Positions 30,951 through 51,333 of a DNA stretch of 64,000 bases are shown here, one piece after another; positions within the stretch are counted from its first letter, which is position 1; each line of letters starts with the position of its first letter. The stretch is from NCBI RefSeq assembly GCF_009914755.1, contig NC_060941.1; one strand, given 5' to 3'. The notes beneath the pieces were generated by a model. It worked only from the letters and a program-made list of their open reading frames with translations. It did no database searches and was not told the origin of the DNA. Source of the stretch: the human T2T-CHM13v2.0 reference genome, Homo sapiens. The translations under genes were made by a program, and so were the position numbers.

Positions 30951-33837
30951 GTGTATTTGCTACATTATTTAAGAATATTCAATTCAGGGACTAGAAAATG
31001 AAAGAAAGGAAGAATTAATTAAGAGATACATATATATGTTAGATATATAAGGTAAGTAGAGTATGTGTGTACTGAGTGCATAAATAAGAAGATATGGAAG
31101 GACTGGGTAAGCACCAAATATTCATGAAACACCCAAGGCACCAAATATTAATGAGGACTCATTTTGGCTCCATGTATCCTCTGCTCAAGACAGATAAAAT
31201 CCATGGGTGCTCAACAGGTAACAGTGGTGAGTTACAACTATAGCCAGGCGGACCAGTCCCTGAGTCTTTCTTGCAGAGAAAATATAAATTGGCTCTAGGC
31301 ACCCTCCATCTGCCAAGTCTTCTTTGTTTATCTGCAATTCTGGTCCTTATAACCACAATGTTAGCAGGAAGAATTAATATAGAAAAATAGAAGAGAGGAC
31401 ATATAAACATTTTATAGAATAGGCTTCAGTTAACTCAATCGTATACTAATTGCACCCTTTCCTAAGTACATTATTAACCTACTCTGCCCCTTTCCCCTTG
31501 CTTCTTGCTGTATCCTTTAAATTGATTCAATAAACTGTGATCTCAGCATCTTACTTGGGTCCATGAGCCTGTCTGGGCCAGCCCTTTGGTAAAGGACTTG
31601 GAGACACCATTGCATCAAGGTAATCTCCCACTAACATACCACTAAAAGGTAGAGATATGTAACTTGTAAATTAGTAAAAGATAAAAGGAGAAGAAAAAAA
31701 TCACTCAAGTGGAAGGCAAGAAAGGCCTAAAAAATTAAGAAATGGCATCTTAAAATCAAACTTGATTACCTTTTGTTTTATTTCAAAGATAGACAACTCA
31801 TTTTTAATTCACCTACCTCATCACATAATTTCTTATTGGTTGTAAAATACGTGGTTAAGAAGGATTCTAAAGCGAAGTCCCATTTTAATAAAAAAGAGTG
31901 CCTTCATCTGTTGGCAATATCTACCCAAAGGCACTGGAAATGAGCTGAAATCATATGAGGAGTACATACGTGTCTTTATTAATCCAGGTTTTCTAAGCTT
32001 AAAAAATCACCACCAATTCCCAAAGCTCTCAAAAAGTCAATTATATTTTATTTTAGTTTTTGTAAATTTGATGCTTTTATGCCTAATCTTTTCATATGTT
32101 TGAGAGAAGTTACTTCATATACTACTAATTCAAATACGAATATTTATAGTATCTGTAACAGTGTGAAAATCATAAGATAGTATTTTTAGTTACTACATAG
32201 GAAAGAAAGTCCATCAATATGCCTATAACTGGCAAGAAATTTCAGCCATTATTCAACTGAATTCCACACATGGTCATTGAGCTCTTACTGTGACATGCAC
32301 AAGGAACTCTACTAAAGGATGCAAAATTTAAAAACATAGTCCCTGCCATCAAGAAATTTAATAGTGAAGGAGATATCCATTACATAGTCAACTGTAAAAC
32401 AGTATAATGTCAGTAGATTCTACATCTAGCTGGGTATTAGGATCATCCAAGAAGCTTTTGTTTGTGTATTTATTATTTTTGACTGTCAGAACCTGTCCAA
32501 GATCTGAAAAAAGAATCTCTAAGATATGAAATCTGGAAATGTATAGATTTAAAAGGGCTTCCATATGATTCTGATACTTAGCCAGATTTGTGAACAACCA
32601 TGATAAATGTTATGCTATTAATACTTAGAAGAATGTGGCTTATGTTACTTTATTGCAGTTGTTTTATGACCCTAGTTCTCAAGGAAAGGGAACGTAATAT
32701 GAGTACATTTCCTTAGGAGGATAAACTTACAAGGATAAACTTGCAAGATAGAATATTAACATGGGTTCAGCCCTGGAGTGCCAGAGAACACTATGAAATC
32801 ATTTGATGACAAGAGGGAATAGAGGTACAAACTCACCCAGCATGTTGGGGGAAGGGACAGGATACGAAATATAAACATAACCCATGTCCAAATTGTGCCA
32901 TGAGGCCAGTCCTGTTTTTTAACTTTCTCTATGTCTGCACTTAAGCCTGAGGACTGACTTGGAAGAGCGCTTGTTAAATTGGAAACTTTAATTAAAAAAA
33001 AATCATATTTGTACACTTCTGGTTCCTAGATTGTCAATTATTTTCAAGTAACTCAACTATTATTTTTGGCATATTTTTTGTGTCATTTTCTAAAAAGACA
33101 GTCTATCTAGTCAGATAAGTTTTCTAAGTAGGATTCCTTGAGTTTACCTATTTTTGTGTAGACCTTTTATTTTCTTGTGAAGATTTTTATTTTTCAAATA
33201 ATTTTTTATTTTTATTTTTACTGTTGTTTCATGATGTTAAAATGGCTTGTATTCATTCTTTTACAAACTAAGGAAAAGAAGAAAAGTGTGAATTAAAGTA
33301 AAGGAAACATTTTAACTCTAGCTGTTCTGATACACATTATGTAACATATGGCTTAGGATAGACTGATAGACCAAATAGACCAATTGACCCAAAAATGTGC
33401 AACAGGCCAAATACCACTGATATTTACTTCTTACATAGTAATTCAAAAGGATGCCCTAGGCATTGTCATCCAGTCGGGGGCAGTGGGTTGAAAAGGCACA
33501 AAGGGAGAAAAGACCCCCTTCTTAACAGTCCAGACCCTGAAGTGACAGTTATCACTCAAGCCTGCGTTTGTTTTATGAGAAACAGCTATGTGGCTCTACC
33601 TAGATGCGAGACAAGTGCCAGTCTTGGCTGTGTGGCCACTTCCCAGCTATAGTTCCATATTATGGGAGGAGGATTACAAATCTCCAGTGACAGCTAGCCA
33701 TATGTATTCTCTTTCTTGAAAATGTAAGAGAATCTACTTTTGAAAGTGTCTAAGCCTGGCACCTCATAGGGGTTATTTATTGACAACACTATTTTTACTC
33801 CATTGTTATTGGTCTTCTTAAAAATTTGTGGAAATTC

Positions 33838-34373
<536 letters not shown>

Positions 34374-34953
34374 TCTGTTATTTTTCTTTTAGATCAGGGA
34401 CTTGATAACATCTAATTTGTCTAAAATTTGCCAAGATATGATTCTGGACACTCTTGATAAAGCTGTGAGTTACTATATTTATGTCACATTTGTGTTTTAT
34501 TAGAGAAAGTTATATCTTGGTGGGAAATACCAATACATTCAATTTTCTAGAACCTTGCTGAAGTGTAGGGACATGGAATTGCCACACCTGTCCTAAGGTA
34601 TCCTTTGGTACCATTTATCCTGGGGTGAACATTTAGGTTAGTGGAAAGAAGAGGAACACCATCTAATTTTCTATAGGAATCAAAATGTTCTTTGAATGAC
34701 ACTCAAGTCTTTTCTAAAAGTCTCAACTGACACTATGCAAATATTACTTTCCAGTATAGATTCAATTTTATTAGAACCTAATATAAGGAAACATGTTTGT
34801 TCTATACAATTAAAAAAAAAACAAATGAACACAGAAGAATAATTAAATTTGAACCTAATTTTATTTCAAGTAAATTACAGACACTTAGTTGCATCTTTTC
34901 TGTTCAATTTAGAGCACACATTAGACATTTAAGAAATTAGAATTGTTATACCC

Positions 34954-35476
34954 TGTTACTGGAAAGGAGTCCTGATCCAGACCCCAAGAGAGGGTTCTTG
35001 GATCTCGTGCAAAAAAGAATTCAAGGTGAGTCCATAGAGCAAAGTGAAAGCAAGTTTATTAAGAAGGTAAAGGAATAAAGCAGCCCTGAGGGCGTCAGGT
35101 TGCCCATTTTCATGGTTATTTCTTGATTATATGCTAAACAAGGAGTGGACTATTTATACCTCCCCTTTTTAGACCATGTAGGGTAACTTCCTGATGTTGC
35201 CATGGCATTTATAAACTGTCATGGTACTGTTGGGAGTGTAGCAGTGAGGACCCCCAGAGGTCACTCTCATCACCATCTTGGTTTTAGTGGGTTTTAGCTT
35301 GCTTCTTTATGCAACCTGTTTTATCAGCAAGGTCTTTATGACCTGTATCATATACTGACCTCCTGTTTCATTCTATGACTGAGAATGCTTTAATGAATGC
35401 AACCTAGTGGGTCTCAGCCTTATTTTACCGAGCTCCTATTCGAGATGGAGTTTGCTCTGGTTCAAACACCTCTGAC
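34954..35476 (-). mobile_element. MER41 (A-type) ERV1 solo LTR
   Basis: Reverse complement begins gtcagaggtgtttgaaccagagcaaactccatc; the other end is tgttactggaaaggagtcctgatccagaccccaagagagg. Lacks the GAS-containing segment. Confidence 0.85.
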
Positions 35477-37062
35477 CCCTGCACTTCTAAATTGAAAAAA
35501 AAAAAAAAAAAAAAAAGTATCACTGAATTGAGTTTTTTTAGAACCATGAAGATTTTTTTTTCTGAAATGTAACATTTTTCTATATGAAGAACTGACATTT
35601 TAATTCCATACCCTACTCACTCATCACTCTGCTCAAATTATCATTCCAATTCCTCAACTCAGTGGTTTGTTGTTGTTGTGGGTTTTTTTTCTATTTATAG
35701 TAGATGAAAACTAACATTGATGTTATAAAAATAACATTAAGATGCACACTCAAAGCCCATAAGAAAATCTTTCTGGGTTGAGGACATTTCTGGCTGGGTT
35801 TTCAGACAACAAAAGTCTGTTGACTTTTGAAATATCCTTTGTTTGACATTGGATTGTTCTCTTTTGCCTGCTTGATCAGAACAGGTGAATTTAATTTTCT
35901 CTTTTCTTTGTTCTATTATGAACTGCAGGCACCTCTTTAAGAGGACCCAGTAGGAGAGAATTGCCCTTGAAATGCTAAAATGGGGAAAACAGCTTGAGAA
36001 TGTTATGAGGCAAGACAGACTGACGTGAAAGATATTTTCATCTCCGTGCACTTGGTGCCAACTCAAGGCCAAGTTAGGAAAACAGTCCACGATGTACTGT
36101 AAAGTAATACTGAATGGAACAGGTGAGTTAAGAATGGAGTAAGAATGGAAAAGTGAGTCAGACATAAAGTCACAACACCCTGAATTTGTCCTCAAGATAA
36201 TTATCAGTGGCATTAATTGGCAAATTTCTGTTACTATTTAACAGTAAACTAATTAATGCTACAAATATTTGCATATTGTGGAGAGAACATTACAATGTTC
36301 TTGGTGTAAAACCTAGATGGGGAAGTGGAATTTAGTTTCAAACTCCAACCTATCTCTTAAATCACTTATTTCTATTTCAAGCTGAAGGAGAGAAAAATTA
36401 TTTTGCATGAAACCTATGAGAATTTAGGGTGCTTATCAGGAAAAGGGGAGTGTTCTGCTAGTAAAGGCTTTATTTAAATTTACTAAGAGAGAGTGTATTT
36501 GCTGCTTCTATGGCAATTTTTCTGTATGACTACTTTCTAACAAAAATGAAATCTTTCTGTCCAAAATAGGTGAGTGCTTTAAATGAGAGAGCCTATATCA
36601 TAGTCTTTGATTGTTGATCCTGTTTTTACATGGCTTTGGAACAATCTCAGGTTCTTAATTCTTAGCTTTTCCTTTACATAACTATAAAAATGGAGATGAT
36701 AAAATGCTGAAAAGTTTTAAATGTTTGTATGTGTTTGTTTGCTTTGTTTTGGGATTCCCGAGTGGACATTTTTATCGCTATGAAATATTACTACACTGGG
36801 AACTTGAAAATACAGGGGCAGATTCAGGGGGCAATGCCATAAAAATGAAGACAATTCTGATGAAACAAAACTTTAAAAGTATGAACTTTTAAACACTTTA
36901 AAGATATATATCTTAGAATTAAGTTTAAAAAAAATTTTTTGAATGTTGATGAGGGTACAGGGCAATAGAGGTTCTTATATACTGCCAGAGTGGTGCATAC
37001 TGGTAACATCTTTCTCGAAAGTAATTTATCAACATGTGTCAAGAACTTTAAAAATGTTTTTA

Positions 37063-37491
<429 letters not shown>

Positions 37492-37494
37492 TTA

Positions 37495-37845
37495 TTTATT
37501 TGCTTAGGCTGCCATAACAAAATACCGTAGACTCAGTGGCTTAAACAGCAGAAATTTATTTCTCACAGTTCTGGAGGCTGGTGTCCAAGATAAGGTGCCA
37601 GCTGATTTGATTTCTGGTGAGGGCTCTCTCTCTGGCTTATAGAAGGCTGCCTTCTTGCTGTGTTCTCACAGAGCAGGGCTGCAGGGAGAGAGAGAAATAT
37701 CTTTCTTTCCTTCTAAGACTTTAGTCCTTCCTATTGGTTAGGGTCCTATCCTTGTGACCTTATTTCCTAATGACCTCTCTCTAGATATAGCCACATTGGA
37801 GATTAGTCACCCACATAGGAATTTGGGTGGGGAACATAATTCAGT
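37495..37845 (-). mobile_element. MLT1 LTR
   Basis: gctgccataacaaaataccgtagactcagtggcttaaacagcagaaatttatttctcacagttctggaggct. Confidence 0.85.
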
Positions 37846-38199
37846 AATGTTCTTACCCTTAGATCAAGTAATTCAACTTCTAGCAATCTATCCTGTGTGC
37901 ATAGTGTAAGGTATGGGTGGGGAGGAAGGGGAGAGAACTGAAATGTAGCCCTAGATGTGAGCTTATTTATATTCATCATATTCTTTATTTACAATTTAAA
38001 ATAGAAAAACAACACAATGTTCAAAAGATATTTTGAACACAATACACAATACACAATACACAAGTCTGTGTTTGTACCCTAACACGCTCAAAAAATAGTT
38101 GAGTGTGTTGTGGCACAACATAGAAAATTAGACAGCCAAAACTTTTAATTTTTTTAATCATGGGAAAATGATTACATTCTATTTTAAAATGTAGGATAA

Positions 38200-38527
<328 letters not shown>

Positions 38528-39255
38528 TGTAGAATAAAAAGTTATTTATGTACTGTGACAGCCACAATGTAAAATATATGTATAGATGCATAGAGAAAAG
38601 CCTTAGGAAATATATTACAAAAGATTAACAGTGATTATGTCTGGGTAGCAGGATTATATGAATTTTTATCACATTTTTTGCAATAAGCATACAGTGTATT
38701 GATAACATTAAAAAATTTTTTCAAAGTGAACAAATATGTAAATGTGGGGTAAAGTCAAAATAGGAAAGCTAAATGTGTATGATTATCTAGGAAACCCACC
38801 AAGTATCTTAATGATGAGATGAAATGAATTTTCTAATAAAATCTCAGGTAAATAAATTTAGGCTGTATTTATTTGTTTGTTTATTTATTTATTTTAGCTC
38901 TATTGTTCTTTGTAATCCCCAAAGGGTTTCCTTCCTTATTCTGCCCATGTTTACAGGTTGGAGATAGAAAAATAAGGAGAATGCTTCTGTTTACAGTGTG
39001 TAAATTGAATTTATTGTTCTTTTAGATAGGGCTGCTGAATGGAACACACGAAAAGCCATTTTTTTTTGTATGTAACTTTTTTTTATGCCTTGCCTTATTT
39101 CCAACATAGGGGTCCTCAAATTTTCTTTACAACAGAGTTGAATTTCAGGCTTCAGTGGAAGTAACGATGAAACCTGATCTTCTGCTATTAATGAATCTCC
39201 TACTGCTGCTCTCTATCCTTAAGCTTGATGAGATCCCTTTTGAAAATAAATGTTC

Positions 39256-40361
<1,106 letters not shown>

Positions 40362-40855
40362 TAACTGCCTAATGAATTCTTCCTACCCATTGCACTGACA
40401 AAACCAATTCACTGAGACCATGGCATTGCAATAAAAAAGAATTTAATTGACATGAGGCTGGTCACACCCCATGGGAGACTAATTTATTACTCCAATCAAT
40501 TTCCCTGAAAATGTGAGCCTGGGCAACATGGCAAAACCTGTCTCTACAAAAAAATACAAAAATTAGCCAGGTGTGGCGTGCACCTGGAGTCCCAACTACT
40601 TGGGAGGCTAAGCCTGGGAGGTAAGGCTGCGGTGAGCCCGGATCACACCACTGCACTCCAGCCTGGGCAACAGAGTGCGACTCTGTCTCTAAATAAATAA
40701 ACAAACTATAAGCTAAATGTCTCTCAAAGTTAGCTTGGCCTAAGCCCAGGAATAATTAAGGGCAGTTTGGGGATTAAAGGCAAGATGCGGGTTGGTTAGT
40801 CCTCTCACTGTCATAATTTTCTCACTTTTATAATTTTTGTGAAGGCGATTTCAAG
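40362..40855. mobile_element. ERV1 (MER4-group) LTR fragments around a partial Alu (40516-40704)
   Basis: LTR-like text gtaactgcctaatg... and aaagttagcttggcctaagcccagg...gcgatttca. Family uncertain. Confidence 0.55.
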
Positions 40856-40958
40856 AAGTGGAGTCTATTCAGTTAGTTGGGGGATTTAGAATTTTATTTT
40901 TGGTTTACACTTTCCAAAAAGCCCAGCTCTGAGAAGTAAAAGTCTAGGCTTTCAAATA

Positions 40959-40961
<3 letters not shown>

Positions 40962-41009
<48 letters not shown>
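40962..41009. repeat. (TG)n microsatellite; others at 41872-41900, 48866-48896 and 51195-51230
   Basis: Read directly from the sequence. Confidence 0.95.
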
Positions 41010-41011
<2 letters not shown>

Positions 41012-41105
41012 TCAGACAGGGTCTTGCTCTGTCACCCAGGCTAGAGTGCAGTGGCATGATCCCAGCTCACTGCAGCCTCAAACTCCTAGGCTCCAGAGAT
41101 CCTAC

Positions 41106-41810
41106 TGTTACAGTAGGTAATTAGTCTGATATGAGCAGAGGAGGAGAGGCTCCTCTCCACATCAGGAATGTCAGGTGACCATCAGGTGATGGTCAGTCAG
41201 TGGTTACACTGTCTCTTTAAAAGAATAATTAGTCGCAGCTGGTGGCAGGGAAAGGCAGTCGCCCAACAGATAGAAACACCTGAAACTGGTGATCAGCATC
41301 TTCCTGATAAGATCTCAGGAGTTGAGCAACTGGGCTCAAGCATGTGCACTAAGAGGCAAAATAGCAGAGTTTAACTGGTATATGACCTTTCTCTGGAAAT
41401 GCTTGACTGGTAAGGGAAGAACACCTTAAGTGAGCATGTGTACAACTTCAGTAAACACACTTCAAGTGCAGCCCCTCCAAGTGCTAGCAGGCCACTGTGC
41501 ATGCAGATCGCCCACCCCAAAGGAAGAATCAGGGGAGAAGTAATGCAACCCTGGAAGTATGCCAGTGTGTAAGATCCCAAGTCAAAGGCCAAACTGCACA
41601 CTTGAATCTCTCAGGTTGCCTGCTTGGCCTTCTTCCAGTGTATTTTACTTCCTTTCATTCCTGCTCTAAAACTTTTTAATAAACTTTCATTCCTGCTCTA
41701 AAACTTGCCTCAGTCTCTCACTCTGCCTTATGCCCCTCCATCAGATTCTTTCTTCTGAGGAACAAGAATTGACGTTGCTGCAGACCTGTATGGATTCGCC
41801 ACTGCCAACA
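41106..41810 (+). mobile_element. ERV1 solo LTR (MER50-like) inserted into a reverse Alu (40960-42018)
   Basis: TG...CA termini, 4-bp TSD ctac/ctcc, aataaa near 41678. The Alu sequence continues on both sides. Confidence 0.85.
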
Positions 41811-41869
41811 CTCCCACCTCAGCCTTCTGAATAAGCAGGACAACAGGTGTGCATCATCATGCTCAGCTA

Positions 41870-41903
<34 letters not shown>

Positions 41904-42568
41904 GACGACTTTTCACTATGTTGCCCAGACTTGTCTCAAACTCCCGGACTCAAGTGATCCTCCTTCATTGGCCTCCGAAAGTGCTGGGATTACAGGCATG
42001 AGCCACCATACCCAGCCCCTCAGAAATATTTTTTTATTTGTGTTTTTCAAAAGCTTATTTTGGAGTACAAATGCCACCAATTTGACTATTCCATCTCTAT
42101 GTTAAGTATACTGGGTAGTTCGAATTTCATAATATAATTTACAGAAGATGGGAACAACCTCAGTAAATAACTCAAAATTTATCTGTGTGTTCAAGACCAC
42201 ACTCATTTATTCAACCTATATTTGTTGAGCACTAACTATGTGCTAGACATTGTCCTAAACACTGATGGGTATACTTCAAAAGATAAAAATACAGTTGGTT
42301 TTCACAGCATGTAATAAGTTCCCTGAAACATTTTGAAAGAAAAGTGGTGACCCAAATATATGTTGTACTACAATAATTCATTGGTGGTTGAACACCAGAT
42401 AATGTACTCTGGGGACCTAGGCAAAGAATATGAGCATATCACCACCTGAATAAAACCATGAATTAGTTACAAAAGCAGAATCCCAATCGATTTCCAGATT
42501 GGCATCAAGGTAAACCAAACAGTGTTACAAATCCAACTCAGGCAAACAAGAGATTAATGAGCTAATAA

Positions 42569-43455
<887 letters not shown>

Positions 43456-44436
43456 TAAGTTATAAGTTATTTTAGAACAAATTAAGTAATACTTATGCAC
43501 AGTCTGAATAACAACGAAGTTCTAAGTCACATTCGTTTCTCTTTATTTTCTCTTGGCTTTCTTCTATTTGCATGGCCTCAAGTATCACCTCAATACTCAA
43601 TCTGTAACCCGTAAGAGCAGCCCAAGCAAATGACTTGGCACATCTTCCAAATTCTAGTGATGCATCACCAAATGCTTGCTGGCCATTTTCCCCGACTGTT
43701 TTGACATCTCAAACTCACGATGTCCCAGACATCACCTTCCTGGAAATGTATCTATCCTGCTGTAATCATATGCACCCCCTTCATGGTGCATGTGATCACC
43801 ATGGCACCACCCCCATCCCTTTTCTTCTAAACTCCTTCCTCTTCCAAGTCTCCCAGATTCAGAGCCTCAAAGCTGTCTTTGATTTTTGTGTCTGAATCAC
43901 TATCCTTCTAGCTTACAATTCCCATCCAGGCTCAGATTCATACTAAATCGAGGTAATCAGTGAGGTAGTCTTTACATATGTTTGATTTTTATTTGTATAT
44001 GCTATAGAGAGGCATATCTCTGGGTCATATTCATGACCTCTTTTTAATGCCTCTTTTTATTTTTTTTGGCCACTTTAAGAAGATGTAGAAGAGATGTATG
44101 TGGTTGCAGCAAGTTGTTTTATTTGTATTCATGAGTGCTGCCAGTCTGCTGAAAAATGCTTGTCGATGATGGACTGTTCTCAGTTATCCATTCCCTAGTT
44201 TTCTCTGTGAAAGAGAAATTGGTCACCTTTCACTCCAGCCTGGGCAACAGAGCAGGACCCTGTCTTAAAAATAAAATCGATTACTTTTATTGAACAGTAT
44301 AAAAAAGAGGATAACATTCCATCAAGTGTAATAGTGACAGAAAAATAAAACTGTGCTTTCCTTTTCCAAAAAAAAAACCAAAAAAAAAAACCAAAAAAAA
44401 AAAAACAGGTATTGTCCTAAAGCAGCAATCCTCAGT

Positions 44437-45075
<639 letters not shown>

Positions 45076-45175
45076 GTACTTAATTATGCTTTTTCATATT
45101 CTGGAAACAACATTTTAAGACAGTGATTCTCTTTCAGGGTATCTGTAACATCCAAATAATACAAACATAATAATA

Positions 45176-45588
45176 CTGAAGGAAACCAGAATATGCCACC
45201 CCAAAATATGCTGCTTTGACATAAAAATTATTTTCAGGCTGACGGCATTACAAAGCAGCAAACAGAAGAAAAGCTATCTCTATCCAACCCCTTTTCTCCC
45301 TTAATTTTTCTTTACTGGAGACAACCCTAGACTCTTACCAGCCCAGACATGGCACCAGAGGAATCTGCAAACAAACTTTACTGCACTAGTTTCCTCCCAT
45401 ATATTTTACCTTCCCACAGTTTCTAAGCCACTGCTTTGAATTACTTTTCATTGAGATTTCTCTGCATGATGTGTGTTATATTCATCAATAACTTAACTTT
45501 TCTCTTGTTAATCTATCTTTCATTATAGAAATCCCAGCTAAGAACTAGGAGGAGTTTAGGAAAAAATTAATTAGTTTTCCTCCTGACA
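45176..45588 (+). mobile_element. MER34/MER39-like ERV1 LTR
   Basis: Starts tgaaggaaaccagaatatgccaccccaaaatatg, ends ctcctgaca. Confidence 0.65.
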
Positions 45589-47113
45589 ATGCCAAGATAG
45601 AATGTTAATATGCAACATGTTCATCATTGCTATTTTAAAATCAATCAATATTTAAAATTTTCTTTGTTTCAATTACCAAAACATTAAGTGTTGATAGTTA
45701 TAATCCACATAGACAAAAGTTCTTTGAGATACTCAGTAAGTCCTACAAGTACAAAGTGGTACAGAAACCAACAAGCCCAAGTGTATTAATATGATTTTAT
45801 TACATTAGTATTATACTATAGTATTATATTACTAGACTTTGAAATGGGCATAAAAGGGTACCAGGTGTCATATTATGCACACCTTTCTGGGTTATCTCTT
45901 GTCATTATCTATGAGGTATTTTATAACTCTGTAAATTGTAGAGAGCTAAGAATAATACACATGATTTCTGACCATAGAAATGCAGATGAATTGTGTGCTG
46001 GCAGAAAGCAACTGATTATTGCCCTATGGATATTGACAACTTTCACCAGTTTTGCAGCTATTTTAAAATGTATTTCAGCATTCCTGATTGCCTACGTATC
46101 GTTAGCATTTTAGATTTTCCTTTGAACCACATGTCTCTTGATAAACTAGGAGTTCTTCATTGATAAGAGTTATGTATTCTTTATTCCCTTATCATCTAAT
46201 TGGTGCTATAATCATTGGGGGGAGTTAAATAAGGTCAGTCTAACTGGTAAGTATTTGAGTATGAGAATGTTAATACTTGCCTTATTTTTTTATAGGGTTT
46301 CCTTTATTTTAGTAATTTACTTTCCTGCAGTATTTGTCCTTAATTCTATATAAATTTTTTACAGATTATACAATTAATTAGCTGAAGTGAAACAACAAAA
46401 GTTAGAAAAAGCAAAGCAAGAAGATTGTACCCAAAATAGAGCAAGGGAAAAAATTTATAAGGGGAGCAGGCAGATGGGGAGAGGGACTTCAGTGTTTCAA
46501 GCCTAAAGCATACCACAACTGAAACTGTTAAATTTAATTTTTATTCGCTCTACAGAAAACACTAGAGAAACTTTGAGCCAAAAATACATGCTGACTTTAT
46601 ACAGTGTAAAGAGTTTTAAAAATTATGTGTACTACTAGACAAAATTATTTAAAGTCAATACCTTTTTCTTCAAGGAATTTCACATCTTGTGATTCCTTCC
46701 CTGCTCATCAAGGTTACCTTAGTTTCTCTAAAGATTGAGTCAAGATTTATCTTCAAGATAGTGCTTTTCAAAAGAATTGATGCATAATCCACAGTTGTCC
46801 TGTCTGCCCACAGTTCTTTTATTTTGGTTCATTTTATCTCCACTTGAATATGGACATACTGATGCCACTTTCAAAAATTCTCTACATTTTAAAAAATAAA
46901 TGGCTCTCAATTTCTGACATCCTCTCTAAACCCAAATGAGTTCAAATCATATTTGTTCATAAGTTGTCACACTGAAGAATAGCATGGGATATACCACTAC
47001 CTTCAAATCCAGACATTATGTCCTCAAGATAAAAGGCTTAACCAAAAAAAAAAAAAGTCCATCTCGATGTATTATGCCAACATGAAACTGGAATAGTAAA
47101 TCAACATAGCTGA

Positions 47114-49545
<2,432 letters not shown>

Positions 49546-51192
49546 GTTAAATTAAAAAATAAAGAAAAACCCAAAACAGACTCAAAGAGAAATGTTATTT
49601 TAGAGTCAATAAGAGTAGTAGCAGCAGGAATACAAAGACTTGAATAAAAAGCTAGAAGTTGCCAGATTTTTTGGTCTTCTAACTTATTAGAAAATACATT
49701 TGTTTGGATAAACATTGGAATAAATAAATACATTTTTTACTAAGTAGATACCTGTTAACTTTCTGCTGAAAATTCATGACAAGCCAATAAAATTCTGCAC
49801 TGGAAAACAAACGAAAAGCAAACATAAAAGGGCTAACCAAACTCATTTTAAAAACATACATTCATATTTGCATGATAATGCATAAGAGCCAAACCAGTTT
49901 AATTCAAATTGCATAACAATTTCAATAAACATGATGTTTCATGTATATAAAATAAAATACATATTAATTGCCATTAGATGCCATTACTAGCTTACCCCAT
50001 TATGTATTAAGTTCATATAACAAGTGTAAAACTTTTAGAGAAATCCACACTTTGACTTTCATCTTGGTTCTGTAAATAACAAGACTGCTATATAAACAGT
50101 TGTTTTGAATAAACATTAGAAATACACAACTTTCCGTACTGACATTTTTTCTAGAATTTTTGGCATAGTAAGTCATTATTTTATATCATAGCACAATAAA
50201 ATAGTTTCTAAATAAGGCCTGAGGTTAATTTTCCCACCTTTGCATAGAAATTACATTCTATACTTGGTCATGCCGTTCTCTGTTGTGGAAGGTGAACTAT
50301 GCTGTAAAACTAACAGGGTCTAGTTTAGTGAAAACCAGACAGGCTTCCTGGCCCACCTGTGCTGACTGTATAAAAGCATGTCCTAAGCTGAGAGCACAGA
50401 TTACTCAATGGTTCATTCAGGCATAAGAACTCAGCAGCCACACTAGAGCAATATTTTGACATAGCCTAGAAAAGCACTGCCCTCTGTGGGTAGTTATAGA
50501 AGGGTTTGTTAGGACGTGTTGGAGCCAGATACTATGAACTCCCAAAGCTGATAGCCAGCTGAACTGATTGCCTCGTGTGTTTGCTTGGAAGAGACCAGCC
50601 ACCTGGCCACATTTGCTCATTAGCATCTACAGTGAAATGAGTGCCACTAAGGCCCACATTCAACCCATGGTTGCAAGTGAAAAGAACCAATGCTCTTGGG
50701 TGAAACATCTTTTGTGTTCTCCAGGATGCTGGTGATGGCCCCTGGCTTGACTGGAAATTCATGATCCCCAGATAATTCAGAACATCTAAGCCACATAAAA
50801 CTACCAACTATGTTGCTTGCAGGTATCATAGATGACCAGGCAGACTATCCTACCTGTGCCTAGGTGGTCTGCAAAAAATGTTGCCTTCACAGCAGTGATC
50901 GTGAGCCAGCCCACATTCATAGATTCATAGAAGTCTAAGTCCTGGCAAACGTAGCTGCTCTGTTTCTGAGTCAAGTACCTCTGTTTAGAATATCATAGCT
51001 TCAAACTAGGGTACACCATTCCCTCTGTACTGTCCACACTGTTCGTAAATAAGGGAATTTAAGGTTTGCCAGCATTATCTTGATTCATTTCAATTCATTT
51101 TATTCATTTATTTAACAAATGTTTATTAAGTGCCTACTATGTGCAAAGCACTGTACTAGGTGCTAAAGGTAGAGCAATAAACAAAACACACA

Positions 51193-51235
<43 letters not shown>

Positions 51236-51333
51236 TTCAGTGGAGGAGGGAAAAAAATAAACAAGATAAAAAGTAAAGCATATGAAATGTTACCCCATGT
51301 GAAGGAGAAAAATAATTAAGTTGGCAAGAGAGA

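Noticed and set aside
35737-36213. 158-aa minus-strand ORF
   Set aside because: No recognisable homology or coding-exon structure on that strand; compatible with chance.
41647-41706. Tandem ctttcattcctgctctaaaact repeat
   Set aside because: It lies within the LTR and is probably part of the element's own structure rather than a locus-specific event.
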